This document shows positions 39,661 to 48,056 of a stretch of DNA of 64,000 bases, piece by piece. A program made the translations under genes and the position numbers. This DNA is from Syntrophus sp. (in: bacteria) (lineage in GTDB: Bacteria > Desulfobacterota > Syntrophia > Syntrophales > UBA8958): NCBI GenBank assembly GCA_025355725.1, contig JANXZC010000098.1:7467-71466 (forward strand), written 5' to 3'. The notes below the pieces were generated by a model that saw only the letters and a program-made list of their open reading frames with translations, was not told the origin of the DNA and did no database searches. How positions within the stretch are numbered: position 1 is the first letter of the stretch; each line of letters opens with the position of its first letter.

Positions 39661-40311
39661 TCACTTTCCCTTATCGATATATTTTATGAAACCATCAAGA
39701 ATAACAACCTCGTCAAGCTGAAGGTATCGCACATAAGATTTCAAGAATCCAGTCATGTAAACCATAGGCAGAAAAAGTTCCTGGTTGTCTTCTTCAATAA
39801 TCCGGAGCATTTCAATTCTCACTTTTGTTGCTTCGGCAATCTCTTCGAGAGTGATTTTAAGCTCGGTCCTTATTTTTTTTACATCCCTTCCGGTAATGGT
39901 GTCCTGATCCAGGATATTTTGAATTACCGGGTTTTGTGAGGCGCGATATTTGAGTTCCTCTGGATCTCTTATTGTCACCAGCCCTTGAACATGGGTTTTT
40001 TTGAAATCATATATAGAAGACGGATTTTTCTTATGATTGGAATATGTCCTTTCTTCTTCCAGCCCTCCGAGTCCAACCAGATCGCGATCATACAACTTCC
40101 TTGATTCAGGATCGATCAGAGTCAGATAAGCCTTTTCAAGACTGGAAAGAATCTCCTTTCTTTCCTTTTCAGAAAAGAAAGAATAGGTGGCTATGGACTC
40201 ATCCTGATAAAGATCAAAGAGTATTTTGTAGGCATGGCGGATTTCTGTCGGAGCTACGTCAGGATGAATCTCAAGCAACTCATAGTTGTTTTTCTCCTGG
40301 TAGAGTTTCAT
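39661..40311 (-). CDS. J-like domain protein with C-terminal RodZ-type HTH (HTH_25-like)
   Basis: The N-terminus NYELLEI....EIRHAYKILFDLYQ is J-like, but no HPD follows helix II. The C-terminus is ITGRDVKKIRTELKITLEEIAEATKVRIEMLRIIEE. Confidence 0.65.
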   Translation of the reverse strand: MKLYQEKNNYELLEIHPDVAPTEIRHAYKILFDLYQDESIATYSFFSEKERKEILSSLEKAYLTLIDPESRKLYDRDLVGLGGLEEERTYSNHKKNPSSIYDFKKTHVQGLVTIRDPEELKYRASQNPVIQNILDQDTITGRDVKKIRTELKITLEEIAEATKVRIEMLRIIEEDNQELFLPMVYMTGFLKSYVRYLQLDEVVILDGFIKYIDKGK

Positions 40312-40341
40312 GGGCCCTTGTTTTTAACCTTTATTTAATCG

Positions 40342-41271
40342 TTAAGCAGTTAAATATTGTTGCACACTGGTTTTATCTTTGTTTATTGATAAATGATTTT
40401 TGCAACATTCCCTGAGATCAAGGGCAGTCCGGGTGTAGGGATAGAGATCGACGAAAGGAAGCTTTTTGCAGACTGAATTGTGAACGTGGTCATCAAAGCT
40501 GAGATTACCTATAAAAGACATCTTCAGGGCAAGGTGTCTTTCGATAATTTTGCAGATCAATTCCCCGATATTTGGGTTATCCTGCTTTCTTACCTGGTTG
40601 AGAATAAGTTTGAAATCTAAGGTCCGTAGCGCCTTTTCCACAATATCTCCCTTTTCCGGATCCAGCTCCTTAATGACGTGGAGGAGAATCTCCGGATTGC
40701 TGACGGTGGCATTGCCGTTTTGCCTTTCGGCCTCGTCGGCCAATGTGCGGAAATCGTGTGCTTTAAGCACATGGTGTATTTTGCGGAAATAGGCAGAACG
40801 AATGAAACGGTAGACATTTTCTATCGAAGTCGGTTCAGGCGTTGTTACAAAAATGCCGGAATCAGCAATCATAAAATAGTCGATTGTGTTAAAAGACGTT
40901 CCCGCGCCGATGTCCAGTAGAATATAATCGTAAGAGAGTCTGGCGATGTTTCGCAACAGTTTAATTTTCTGCTGATGAGTAAGATTGGCGATATCCAGGT
41001 TATTCATGGCGCCGCTTATGAGATAGAGGTTTGGAATGGGTGTGGGTAAAACGGTCTCGTCAAGAGTGGCAAGCCTTCGATTTAAAAAGTCGGAGATGCT
41101 TCTTTCAGGCTTGGAAATTCCGATAATGGTGTGAAGATTTGCCGCACCAAAGTCAACATCGATAAGGAGTGTTTTATAACCCTCCTTTGCGAGCAGAATC
41201 CCGAGATTACCGGCAATGAAGCTCTTTCCGGTGCCCCCCTTTCCACCGCCTATGGACCATATCTGTGACAT
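40342..41271 (-). CDS. MinD/ParA-family P-loop ATPase
   Basis: Deviant Walker A GGGKGGTGKS and LLIDVDFGAANLH. Start moved to ATG 41271 behind gaggggg. Confidence 0.85.
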   Translation of the reverse strand: MSQIWSIGGGKGGTGKSFIAGNLGILLAKEGYKTLLIDVDFGAANLHTIIGISKPERSISDFLNRRLATLDETVLPTPIPNLYLISGAMNNLDIANLTHQQKIKLLRNIARLSYDYILLDIGAGTSFNTIDYFMIADSGIFVTTPEPTSIENVYRFIRSAYFRKIHHVLKAHDFRTLADEAERQNGNATVSNPEILLHVIKELDPEKGDIVEKALRTLDFKLILNQVRKQDNPNIGELICKIIERHLALKMSFIGNLSFDDHVHNSVCKKLPFVDLYPYTRTALDLRECCKNHLSINKDKTSVQQYLTA

Positions 41272-41410
41272 AAGCCCCCTCATATCATAATTGAAAAAAA
41301 ATAACATTGTTTATTACCAGTGTAGTGGATGCCTCCCCGCTACTTTTCCAGGAAAAGGCTAATGGTGGGATGAATTAAAATTCGGGCGCTATCATGTATT
41401 CAAATATTTC

Positions 41411-41439
41411 TTGACAATTTGTTCCCATTTTTATATGCA
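41411..41439 (+). promoter_or_regulatory. Candidate sigma-70 promoter for atpE
   Basis: TTGACA (41411-41416), a 17-nt spacer, then TATGCA (41434-41439). This leaves a ~145-nt leader. Confidence 0.35.
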
Positions 41440-41590
41440 CAGAGGCACAAACGGGGCTGTTTTCTTATTATGAGACCCTGTAAAGTATGAGATAAGGAGG
41501 TGATGATCGGGCAGGAATATAAATAGAATATAAATAGACGGAATCAGTGTTGGTCAACATTAAACAAGTTTAATCAAAAGGAGGAAAGCA

Positions 41591-41962
41591 ATGAAGAAAA
41601 GTTTGGTAAGAGGTATTCTGGGTATGGTGTTGGTGCTGGTAGTTGCTCCGCTGGCTATGGCTGCAGAAGCGGCTGCTCCTGGTGGTGCGGTTGATTACAC
41701 CAAGGCAATCATTCTGGGTTGCAGTGTTATCGCTGCTGGTTTGGCCATGGGAGTCGGAGCTGTTGGCGCTGGTCTCGGTCTTGGGCAGGCTACAAGTGGT
41801 GCGAACAATGCGGTGGGTAGAAATCCGGAAGCCCAGGGTAAAATTATGCTTACCATGATGGTCGGTATGGCCATGACAGAATCAGTCGCTATTTATGCGC
41901 TGGTTGTTTCGCTCGTCATCCTGTATGCAAACCCGCTTCTCAAGTATGCAGGCATCGGCTGA
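41591..41962 (+). CDS. atpE: F-type ATP synthase subunit c with a ~40-aa N-terminal signal-like extension
   Basis: [55 protein letters not shown] forms the helix-loop-helix with the carboxylate Glu. SD aaaggagg. Confidence 0.9.
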   Translation: MKKSLVRGILGMVLVLVVAPLAMAAEAAAPGGAVDYTKAIILGCSVIAAGLAMGVGAVGAGLGLGQATSGANNAVGRNPEAQGKIMLTMMVGMAMTESVAIYALVVSLVILYANPLLKYAGIG

Positions 41963-41994
41963 TAATTAGAACATACATAATCCTGTAATTATTG

Positions 41995-42043
41995 AAAAGG
42001 GAAAAGGGGCACTAAAAACAGACTCCTTTTCCCTTTTCTTTTT
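41995..42043 (+). terminator. Intrinsic terminator of atpE
   Basis: Perfect 13-bp stem aaaagggaaaagg/ccttttccctttt with a 17-nt loop, followed by cttttt. Confidence 0.7.
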
Positions 42044-42059
42044 CCATTACCCACATAAA

Positions 42060-42197
42060 ATTCCAATTCCAAACCAAAGGTGAAATCGAGGCGGCAAGGA
42101 AGAGGCGACGCAGGCGTATATGGAAATACATCGAGGAGGCTATGACGAAGCCAACGAAGATAGCGATGAAGATAGCGATTTGATTTGGAATTGGAAT
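42060..42197. repeat. 14-bp perfect inverted repeat enclosing a 110-bp GA-rich segment
   Basis: attccaattccaaa (42060-42073) pairs with tttggaattggaat (42184-42197). Inside is a tandem 12-mer gaagatagcgat x2 (42156-42179). Confidence 0.5.
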
Positions 42198-42233
42198 AAG
42201 TGGAAATGAGTAATTGTCGTGAATTTGCCCTGT

Positions 42234-42656
42234 TCAGGACCCGTCAGAAATCAGGGGACGGGCACGCTGGACCTTCTTTTCCGTCTGATGATGTTTATCC
42301 TGCAGGATCTTTTCTTTAGCCCTTTTTGATCGCTTCCGCTTCTGGCGACGAATTTTTTCGTTACGAATTTTTTCCGCTTCAATCAATCCCCTTTGCAGGC
42401 GCTCAATCCGGTCCAGCAGGAGACGGCGGGCTAAAAATCGATTAAGTAGTTGGGATCTTTCCTGCTGACACTTGACGGAAAGGCCCGTAGGCACGTGCAA
42501 CAACTGTACACAAGATGAGGTTTTATTGACATTTTGTCCCCCGGGACCGGAAGAACGGACAAAGGATTCCCTCATCTCGTTTTCCGAGACGCCAAGCTGT
42601 GCCATTCTTTCCTTCATGGCATTTTCTTTTTCCGGGGAGACGGTAAACATGTTCAT
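42234..42656 (-). CDS. arfB: Peptidyl-tRNA hydrolase / ribosome rescue factor ArfB-like (RF-1 GGQ domain plus basic tail)
   Basis: [16 protein letters not shown] motif and a Lys/Arg-rich C-terminal tail; 140 aa. Confidence 0.8.
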   Translation of the reverse strand: MNMFTVSPEKENAMKERMAQLGVSENEMRESFVRSSGPGGQNVNKTSSCVQLLHVPTGLSVKCQQERSQLLNRFLARRLLLDRIERLQRGLIEAEKIRNEKIRRQKRKRSKRAKEKILQDKHHQTEKKVQRARPLISDGS

Positions 42657-42751
42657 AACGACTTGAAAAACATTCTAAACCAGCCTGAAGGGTATTAGTC
42701 ACAGGGGATATGGAAGATTACCTTTTTTACTTGAGCTGAGAGCGTTATTTG

Positions 42752-43198
42752 TTAGAGAGAATAGATCTCGTCGCCGATGAAGTTAACCCAGTGTTGGCTC
42801 AGGATTTCGACCGCTCTCTCGATACTGTCGCAACCTATAATGAGAATGGTTTCTTTCCCGATTCGTTCAATGGTCGTGTAGATATAGTGGATGTTGACCT
42901 CTCCCTCAGAGAGAGGCTTTACTATCGCATTCATGCCCCCGGGATGGCAGGGCACTTCAACCGCGATGACCGGGGCGACTTCAATTCTGAAATTGAAACT
43001 CTCCAAAATGGTGACGGCCTTTTGGGGATCGTTTACCACCAGGCGCAGGGTGGATTGCTCGTCCGTACTGGCCGCGGACATGGCCTTTACCTTTATGTCT
43101 TCCTTGTCGAGGATATCGATAAGTTTCGTCAGAGCCCCGGGGACGTTGTCAAGATGAACAGATACCTGTTTGATGGCCATGGTATTGAAAGTTCCCAT
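42752..43198 (-). CDS. Tandem ACT-domain protein
   Basis: Two beta-alpha-beta-beta-alpha-beta ACT-like halves (VHLDNVPGALTKLIDIL; VEVPCHPGGMNAIVKPL). It starts 3 nt after the OFOR gamma stop. Confidence 0.7.
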   Translation of the reverse strand: MGTFNTMAIKQVSVHLDNVPGALTKLIDILDKEDIKVKAMSAASTDEQSTLRLVVNDPQKAVTILESFNFRIEVAPVIAVEVPCHPGGMNAIVKPLSEGEVNIHYIYTTIERIGKETILIIGCDSIERAVEILSQHWVNFIGDEIYSL

Positions 43199-43201
43199 TT
43201 C

Positions 43202-43738
43202 TCAGATTTCCAGCTCGTATCCGGCCGCAAATGCCTTGCGGTTTATTTCCATTGCCGATTTCTTCTTTTCCCCAAGAATCTGTTTCAGACCCTTCATGAA
43301 AGATTCGGGGGTGATCAGACCGGTTTTCTTGATGAATGATCCCATCATGACAATATTCTGTACCCGGGGATTGCCTAATTTCCCAGCCATATCTCCGACG
43401 GGGACGTCATGTATATTCACGTCTTTGCGTGTCGGTTTGGTATCGATTATCGAAGAGTTCAGAAAGATGCTTCCTTGCGGGGCGAGGCGGTTCTGGTAGG
43501 TGTATAAAGAAGGTTTATTCATGACCACCAGATAGTCAGGTTCGGAGGCTATGGGTGAAGCGATTTCTTCATCCGACACGGCGACCGTGCAATTAGCCGT
43601 TCCCCCTCTGACCTCGACGCCATAGGACGGCAGATACGTGACATGGTAGCCCTCGTTCATCACGGCATGGGCATAGATATAGCCCATCATCAGCACACCC
43701 TGACCGCCGAAACCTGCAAATATGGTCTTTCTGATCAT
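43202..43738 (-). CDS. 2-oxoacid:ferredoxin oxidoreductase, gamma subunit
   Basis: IFAGFGGQGVLMMG N-terminus; ~180 aa. Confidence 0.9.
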   Translation of the reverse strand: MIRKTIFAGFGGQGVLMMGYIYAHAVMNEGYHVTYLPSYGVEVRGGTANCTVAVSDEEIASPIASEPDYLVVMNKPSLYTYQNRLAPQGSIFLNSSIIDTKPTRKDVNIHDVPVGDMAGKLGNPRVQNIVMMGSFIKKTGLITPESFMKGLKQILGEKKKSAMEINRKAFAAGYELEI

Positions 43739-43751
43739 AGCTTTCTGAACC

Positions 43752-44492
43752 TTACCGTTTGCTGTCCTTTATTATTCCCAGAGGGAATTCTTTCATCAGC
43801 ACTTCATTCACCCATTGACAGGACTCAAGGGGAGACATTTTCCAGTTTGTCGGGCATTGGGACAGGATTTCAATGAGGGAAAAGCCAACATTGTCCATCT
43901 GATACTGAAAGGCCTTTTTAACCGCCTTTTTAGCCTTCATGATATTGGCCGGGGTATTGACGGCACAGCGTTCGATGTACATCGTGCCGGGGAGCTGACC
44001 GAGAATCTCACTGAAGTGAACCGGGTGTCCATCGAGGAGGGCTGACCGCCCCGGCGGCGTGGTTGTGGATACCTGTCCCAGGAGGGTTGTCGGGGCCATC
44101 TGTCCGCCGGTCATCCCGTAAACGGCATTGTTGATGAAAATAACCGTAATGTTTTCCCCCCTGTTGGCGGCATGAAAGGTTTCCGCCGTGCCGATGGCCG
44201 CTAAATCGCCGTCTCCCTGATAGGAAAAGACCACCCGGTCGGGAAGAACGCGTTTGATACCCGTAGCCACGGCGCAACCACGGCCATGTGGGGACTCCAG
44301 CATGTCGATGTCAAAATAATTGTAAGCAATTACCGCGCATCCTGCGGGCGGCACGCCGATAATACGGTCCTGAATGTCCAGTTCATCAATAGACTCGGCA
44401 ATAAGACGATGGGCAATACTGTGGCCGCAGCCGCCGCAATAGTGAAAGGCCGTATTTTTTAATGATTTGGGTCGGGAAAATACTTTCTTCAT
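43752..44492 (-). CDS. 2-oxoacid:ferredoxin oxidoreductase, beta (TPP-binding) subunit
   Basis: MKKVFSRPKSL...HYCGGCGH and the GDGD...NN TPP motif. Start moved to ATG 44492, 1 nt after the alpha stop. Confidence 0.9.
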   Translation of the reverse strand: MKKVFSRPKSLKNTAFHYCGGCGHSIAHRLIAESIDELDIQDRIIGVPPAGCAVIAYNYFDIDMLESPHGRGCAVATGIKRVLPDRVVFSYQGDGDLAAIGTAETFHAANRGENITVIFINNAVYGMTGGQMAPTTLLGQVSTTTPPGRSALLDGHPVHFSEILGQLPGTMYIERCAVNTPANIMKAKKAVKKAFQYQMDNVGFSLIEILSQCPTNWKMSPLESCQWVNEVLMKEFPLGIIKDSKR

Positions 44493-44493
44493 A

Positions 44494-45549
44494 TCATTTC
44501 TTCCGGGCATGATGAGCGATTACCTTGGCGAGTTCCGCAGGCGTTGGGATAACTCCTCCCGGCCTTCCATAAAACTGAACCTTCCCAATTCCACCCAGGG
44601 CCAATTGAACGTCTTCCACCATCTGTCCCGTGTTCATCTCGAAAACGAGGAAATTATCTACCCGCTCTGCGAAGGACCGGATGACTTCCATGGGAAATGG
44701 CCAGAGGGTTATGGGTCGGATCAGTCCGACCGGGATTCCCATTTCCCGGCTACGCTTGATTGCCCCCTTGGCGATCCTTGCCGCCGTTCCGTAGGCGACG
44801 ATCAAAATCTCCGCATCGTCGGTCCAGAAGGTCTCGAAACGGACTTCCTTCTGGGTTATTACCTGGTACTTCCGGTAGAGCTTCCAGTTGTGCTCCTCCA
44901 TGCGGATCGCATCCAGGATGAGACCCCGGATGAATTTGCTTTTCCCCTTGCCCCTCCCATTTAGTACATAGCATTCAGGGTACTGTCTGGGAGCGGGTTC
45001 GCTGAACTCAACGGGTTCCGACATCTGTCCCATCATGCCATCGGCCAGGATGAGTACGGGATTCCGGTAGCGGTCCGCCAGATCAAAGGCATCCATGGTA
45101 AGATCGGCTAATTCCTGTACAGAGGCGGGGGCGAGAACAATGGTGCGATAGTCGCCATGGCCACCGCCGCGGGTGGCTTGAAAATAATCACCCTGGGAGG
45201 GAAGGATATTGCCAAGTCCCGGTCCGCCCCTCATGATATTGACGATAACAGCAGGAAGTTCGTCCGCGGCGAGGGATGATATGCCCTCCTGCTTGAGAGA
45301 TATGCCGGGGCTTGACGATGATGTCATGGCCCTGGCGCCGGCGGCTGCGGCCCCCAGTACCATATTAATGGCGGCTATTTCACTTTCCGCCTGAATAAAA
45401 GTACCATCCTTGGTGCGACGCATATTGTCGGCCATGTACTCAGTCAATTCATTTTGAGGGGTGATGGGGTATCCGGCGTAGAAGCGGCATCCGGCGCGGA
45501 TGGCCGCTTCCCCGATAACACGGTTGCCCTGCATCAGTATCCTATTCAC
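44494..45549 (-). CDS. 2-oxoacid:ferredoxin oxidoreductase, alpha subunit
   Basis: ILMQGNRVIGEAAIRAGCRFYAGYPITP N-terminus. Start is probably GTG 45549 (GAGG 6 nt upstream) or ATG 45534. Confidence 0.9.
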   Translation of the reverse strand: MNRILMQGNRVIGEAAIRAGCRFYAGYPITPQNELTEYMADNMRRTKDGTFIQAESEIAAINMVLGAAAAGARAMTSSSSPGISLKQEGISSLAADELPAVIVNIMRGGPGLGNILPSQGDYFQATRGGGHGDYRTIVLAPASVQELADLTMDAFDLADRYRNPVLILADGMMGQMSEPVEFSEPAPRQYPECYVLNGRGKGKSKFIRGLILDAIRMEEHNWKLYRKYQVITQKEVRFETFWTDDAEILIVAYGTAARIAKGAIKRSREMGIPVGLIRPITLWPFPMEVIRSFAERVDNFLVFEMNTGQMVEDVQLALGGIGKVQFYGRPGGVIPTPAELAKVIAHHARKK

Positions 45550-45751
45550 GGTAAACCTCGATGGCGATGTCCGGGCAGATGATGGCGCAGAGGGCGCAGC
45601 CGTTGCAGTCGGCATCCGCTTTTAGAATAATGGGATGAAATCCCTTGGAATTGAGTTCAGTGGAAGGAAGGAGATTTTCTTTTTTACAAGATATCGTGCA
45701 AAGAAGACATTCCTTACACAATTCACCGCTTATTTTGATTGTTCCCTTCAA
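45542..45751 (-). CDS. 2-oxoacid:ferredoxin oxidoreductase, delta (2x[4Fe-4S] ferredoxin) subunit
   Basis: CKECLLCTISC and CNGCALCAIICP cluster motifs; 69 aa. Confidence 0.85.
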   Translation of the reverse strand: MKGTIKISGELCKECLLCTISCKKENLLPSTELNSKGFHPIILKADADCNGCALCAIICPDIAIEVYRE

Positions 45752-45873
45752 TGGCGATAATCTCTCAATAAGTAGAAATAGTTATGTTTCCAGAAAATAT
45801 GCTGCGTCTTTTTGCTCATAATGGCGAGAATGTCAAGGTTAAATTTTTTTCGGGCTGGTATAAATTATAATTG

Positions 45874-46377
45874 TCAGACCTTGGCGACTTGAAAACCCTC
45901 CAATTTTATGGCCACAGAACGCTGAAGAAGTTCAATGGTGATGACGAAAAGCTCCCTATCGAGATCGGTGCTGACCACAAGTCCCTCGATGCCCAGAAAG
46001 GGACCATCTACAATCTTTGCACGTTCACCGACCTTGGGATACTGGAACTGCTGAACTTCAATCTTTGAACGGACGATCCGCTGAATGGCTTCAATTTGAT
46101 AATCAGGTACGGCAATAGGTTCATGACCATAAGGTTTGCCCAAAATTCGCACGACGCCAAAAGTCTTGAGGACTTCCAGTTTGGTATCATTGTTGAGATT
46201 CATCAGTTCCACGAAGGCATAACCGGAGAACATGGGGACAAAGATCTTCTTGCGCCGGTCTTTCCGCTGGCTCCATACCTCTATCTTGGGCAGAAATACG
46301 TTTAACGACTTCTGTGAAAGACCAAGGAACACCCGGTCTTCATGACGGCTTCTTGTGTGGACGGCGTACCAGGCCAT
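45874..46377 (-). CDS. NusG-family paralog (specialised antiterminator, RfaH/UpxY/TaA-like)
   Basis: NGN domain WYAVHTRSRHE...VFLP and KOW motif GERAKIVDGPFLGIEGLV. ATG 46377 lies 6 nt after aagga. Confidence 0.85.
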   Translation of the reverse strand: MAWYAVHTRSRHEDRVFLGLSQKSLNVFLPKIEVWSQRKDRRKKIFVPMFSGYAFVELMNLNNDTKLEVLKTFGVVRILGKPYGHEPIAVPDYQIEAIQRIVRSKIEVQQFQYPKVGERAKIVDGPFLGIEGLVVSTDLDRELFVITIELLQRSVAIKLEGFQVAKV

Positions 46378-46445
46378 AAAAAATCCTTGCGGCAAAGGTT
46401 TGAATCTGCGAATGGGCTGATTATATCAAACCATCTATTTTTGCA

Positions 46446-48056
46446 ATGGAGAAATTCATGAAACGCTGGCGAATTGAGGGTGTTCCCCTCACCCTGGATG
46501 AAGACGAACAGTTATTATACTCTAAAGTCGCCGCGATGTTGCGTATTAATGAAAATCAAATCGATGATCCGCAGGTGGTCAGGAAATCTCTTGATGCCCG
46601 GCGCAATCGGCCTCCCCATTTTACCTATAACGTCGCTTTTACCGTGGGAGACGATTGGTCGGCTCCCGAAGATCTTCCTTCTGTAGTCAAGTTGAGCAGC
46701 GTCCAGGCAGAACCGGCGCCCATTTCTTTTGTTCCCGTTTTGCAGGCAGGTGAAAAGGTCATAGTTGTCGGCTGTGGCCCCGCCGGGCTTTTTGCCGCTC
46801 TTTTCCTTGCTCTCCAACGATGTCCAGTCCTCCTCCTGGAGAGGGGAAAGGCGGTTGAGGAAAGACATCGGGATGTCCAATCCTTCTGGGATCAGGGAAT
46901 GTTACTTCCCGACAGCAACGTCTATTTCGGGGAAGGCGGTGCCGGGACCTTTTCCGACGGCAAACTGACAAGCCGCGTTCGCAATCCCTATACCGATTGG
47001 GTGAAGAAGACCCTGGTGGATATGGGGGCCGCGCCGGAAATATTAACGGATGCGAAACCTCATATCGGTTCGGATCGTTTGCGAAAGGTCCTCGTTAATC
47101 TTCGCAAGCATTTGATGTCATTGAACTGTCAAATCAGTTTCAATTCCAAGATGACGGACCTTATTATCCATAAGAATCATCTGGAAGGGATCATCGTCAA
47201 CGGCGCCGGGGAAGTCAAGACCACCCATCTTGTCCTGGCGATTGGCCAGAGCTCTGAAGAGACATACCGATTGCTGGAAGACCGAGGTATTGAACTAGTC
47301 CCGAAAGCCTTTGCCATGGGGTTGCGTATCGAACACCCTCAAGAGCATATCAACCGGATTCAGTATGGCCGCTGGACAGGCCATCCCGTTCTGCCTCCGG
47401 CGGACTACACTTTGACGGCCCGTGTGCCGGAGTTGAAGAGGTCCGTATATTCATTTTGCATGTGTCCGGGCGGCCAGGTAATCGGCAGCAGTTCCGGGGA
47501 AGGAGGTATCGTGACCAATGGGATGAGCCTGTCGGCTCGCAGCGGTGTTTACGCCAATAGCGCTATTGTCGTGAATATCCATCCCGGAGACTATGAAGCC
47601 TGCGGTGCCTCGGGTCTCAGCGGTCTTGCCTTTCGGCGGACCTGGGAGGAAAGGGCCTTCCACGCCGGTGGAAGGACATATAAGGCCCCCGCCCAGGGAC
47701 TGATCAACTTTCTTGAGGACCACGACAGCCCCGAGACCGGCGCCACCTCCTTCCTTCCGGGAGTCAGGGCCGCTTCCCTAAGGTCGATCCTTCCCGACTA
47801 TGTATATGATTCGATACGGTCGGGCCTCCGGCAATTCCAGCAGGCGATGCCCGGATTCATAACTGCGGAGGCCAATCTCATCGGAGTAGAAACACGGACG
47901 TCCTCCCCGGTCCGTATTACCAGGGGCGGCGACGGACAGAGCGCCACCGTGCGGGGTATTTACCCCTGTGGGGAAGGGGCGGGCTATGCGGGAGGCATAA
48001 TAAGTTCCGCCCTAGACGGCGTCAGGGCAGCCCTGCATGTCTTGACTCGACTTTGA
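46446..48056 (+). CDS. FAD-dependent dehydrogenase of unknown function (COG2509-like)
   Basis: VIVVGCGPAGLFAALFLA dinucleotide motif and C-terminal GEGAGYAGGI. Confidence 0.8.
   Translation: MEKFMKRWRIEGVPLTLDEDEQLLYSKVAAMLRINENQIDDPQVVRKSLDARRNRPPHFTYNVAFTVGDDWSAPEDLPSVVKLSSVQAEPAPISFVPVLQAGEKVIVVGCGPAGLFAALFLALQRCPVLLLERGKAVEERHRDVQSFWDQGMLLPDSNVYFGEGGAGTFSDGKLTSRVRNPYTDWVKKTLVDMGAAPEILTDAKPHIGSDRLRKVLVNLRKHLMSLNCQISFNSKMTDLIIHKNHLEGIIVNGAGEVKTTHLVLAIGQSSEETYRLLEDRGIELVPKAFAMGLRIEHPQEHINRIQYGRWTGHPVLPPADYTLTARVPELKRSVYSFCMCPGGQVIGSSSGEGGIVTNGMSLSARSGVYANSAIVVNIHPGDYEACGASGLSGLAFRRTWEERAFHAGGRTYKAPAQGLINFLEDHDSPETGATSFLPGVRAASLRSILPDYVYDSIRSGLRQFQQAMPGFITAEANLIGVETRTSSPVRITRGGDGQSATVRGIYPCGEGAGYAGGIISSALDGVRAALHVLTRL

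Noticed and set aside
41515-41536. Tandem 11-bp repeat gaatataaata x2 and an 8-codon mini-ORF after AAGGAGG (about 41500-41526) in the atpE leader
   Set aside because: The repeat is very short and AT-rich and could arise by slippage. No terminator or antiterminator logic links it to atpE. Noted only as a low-value curiosity.
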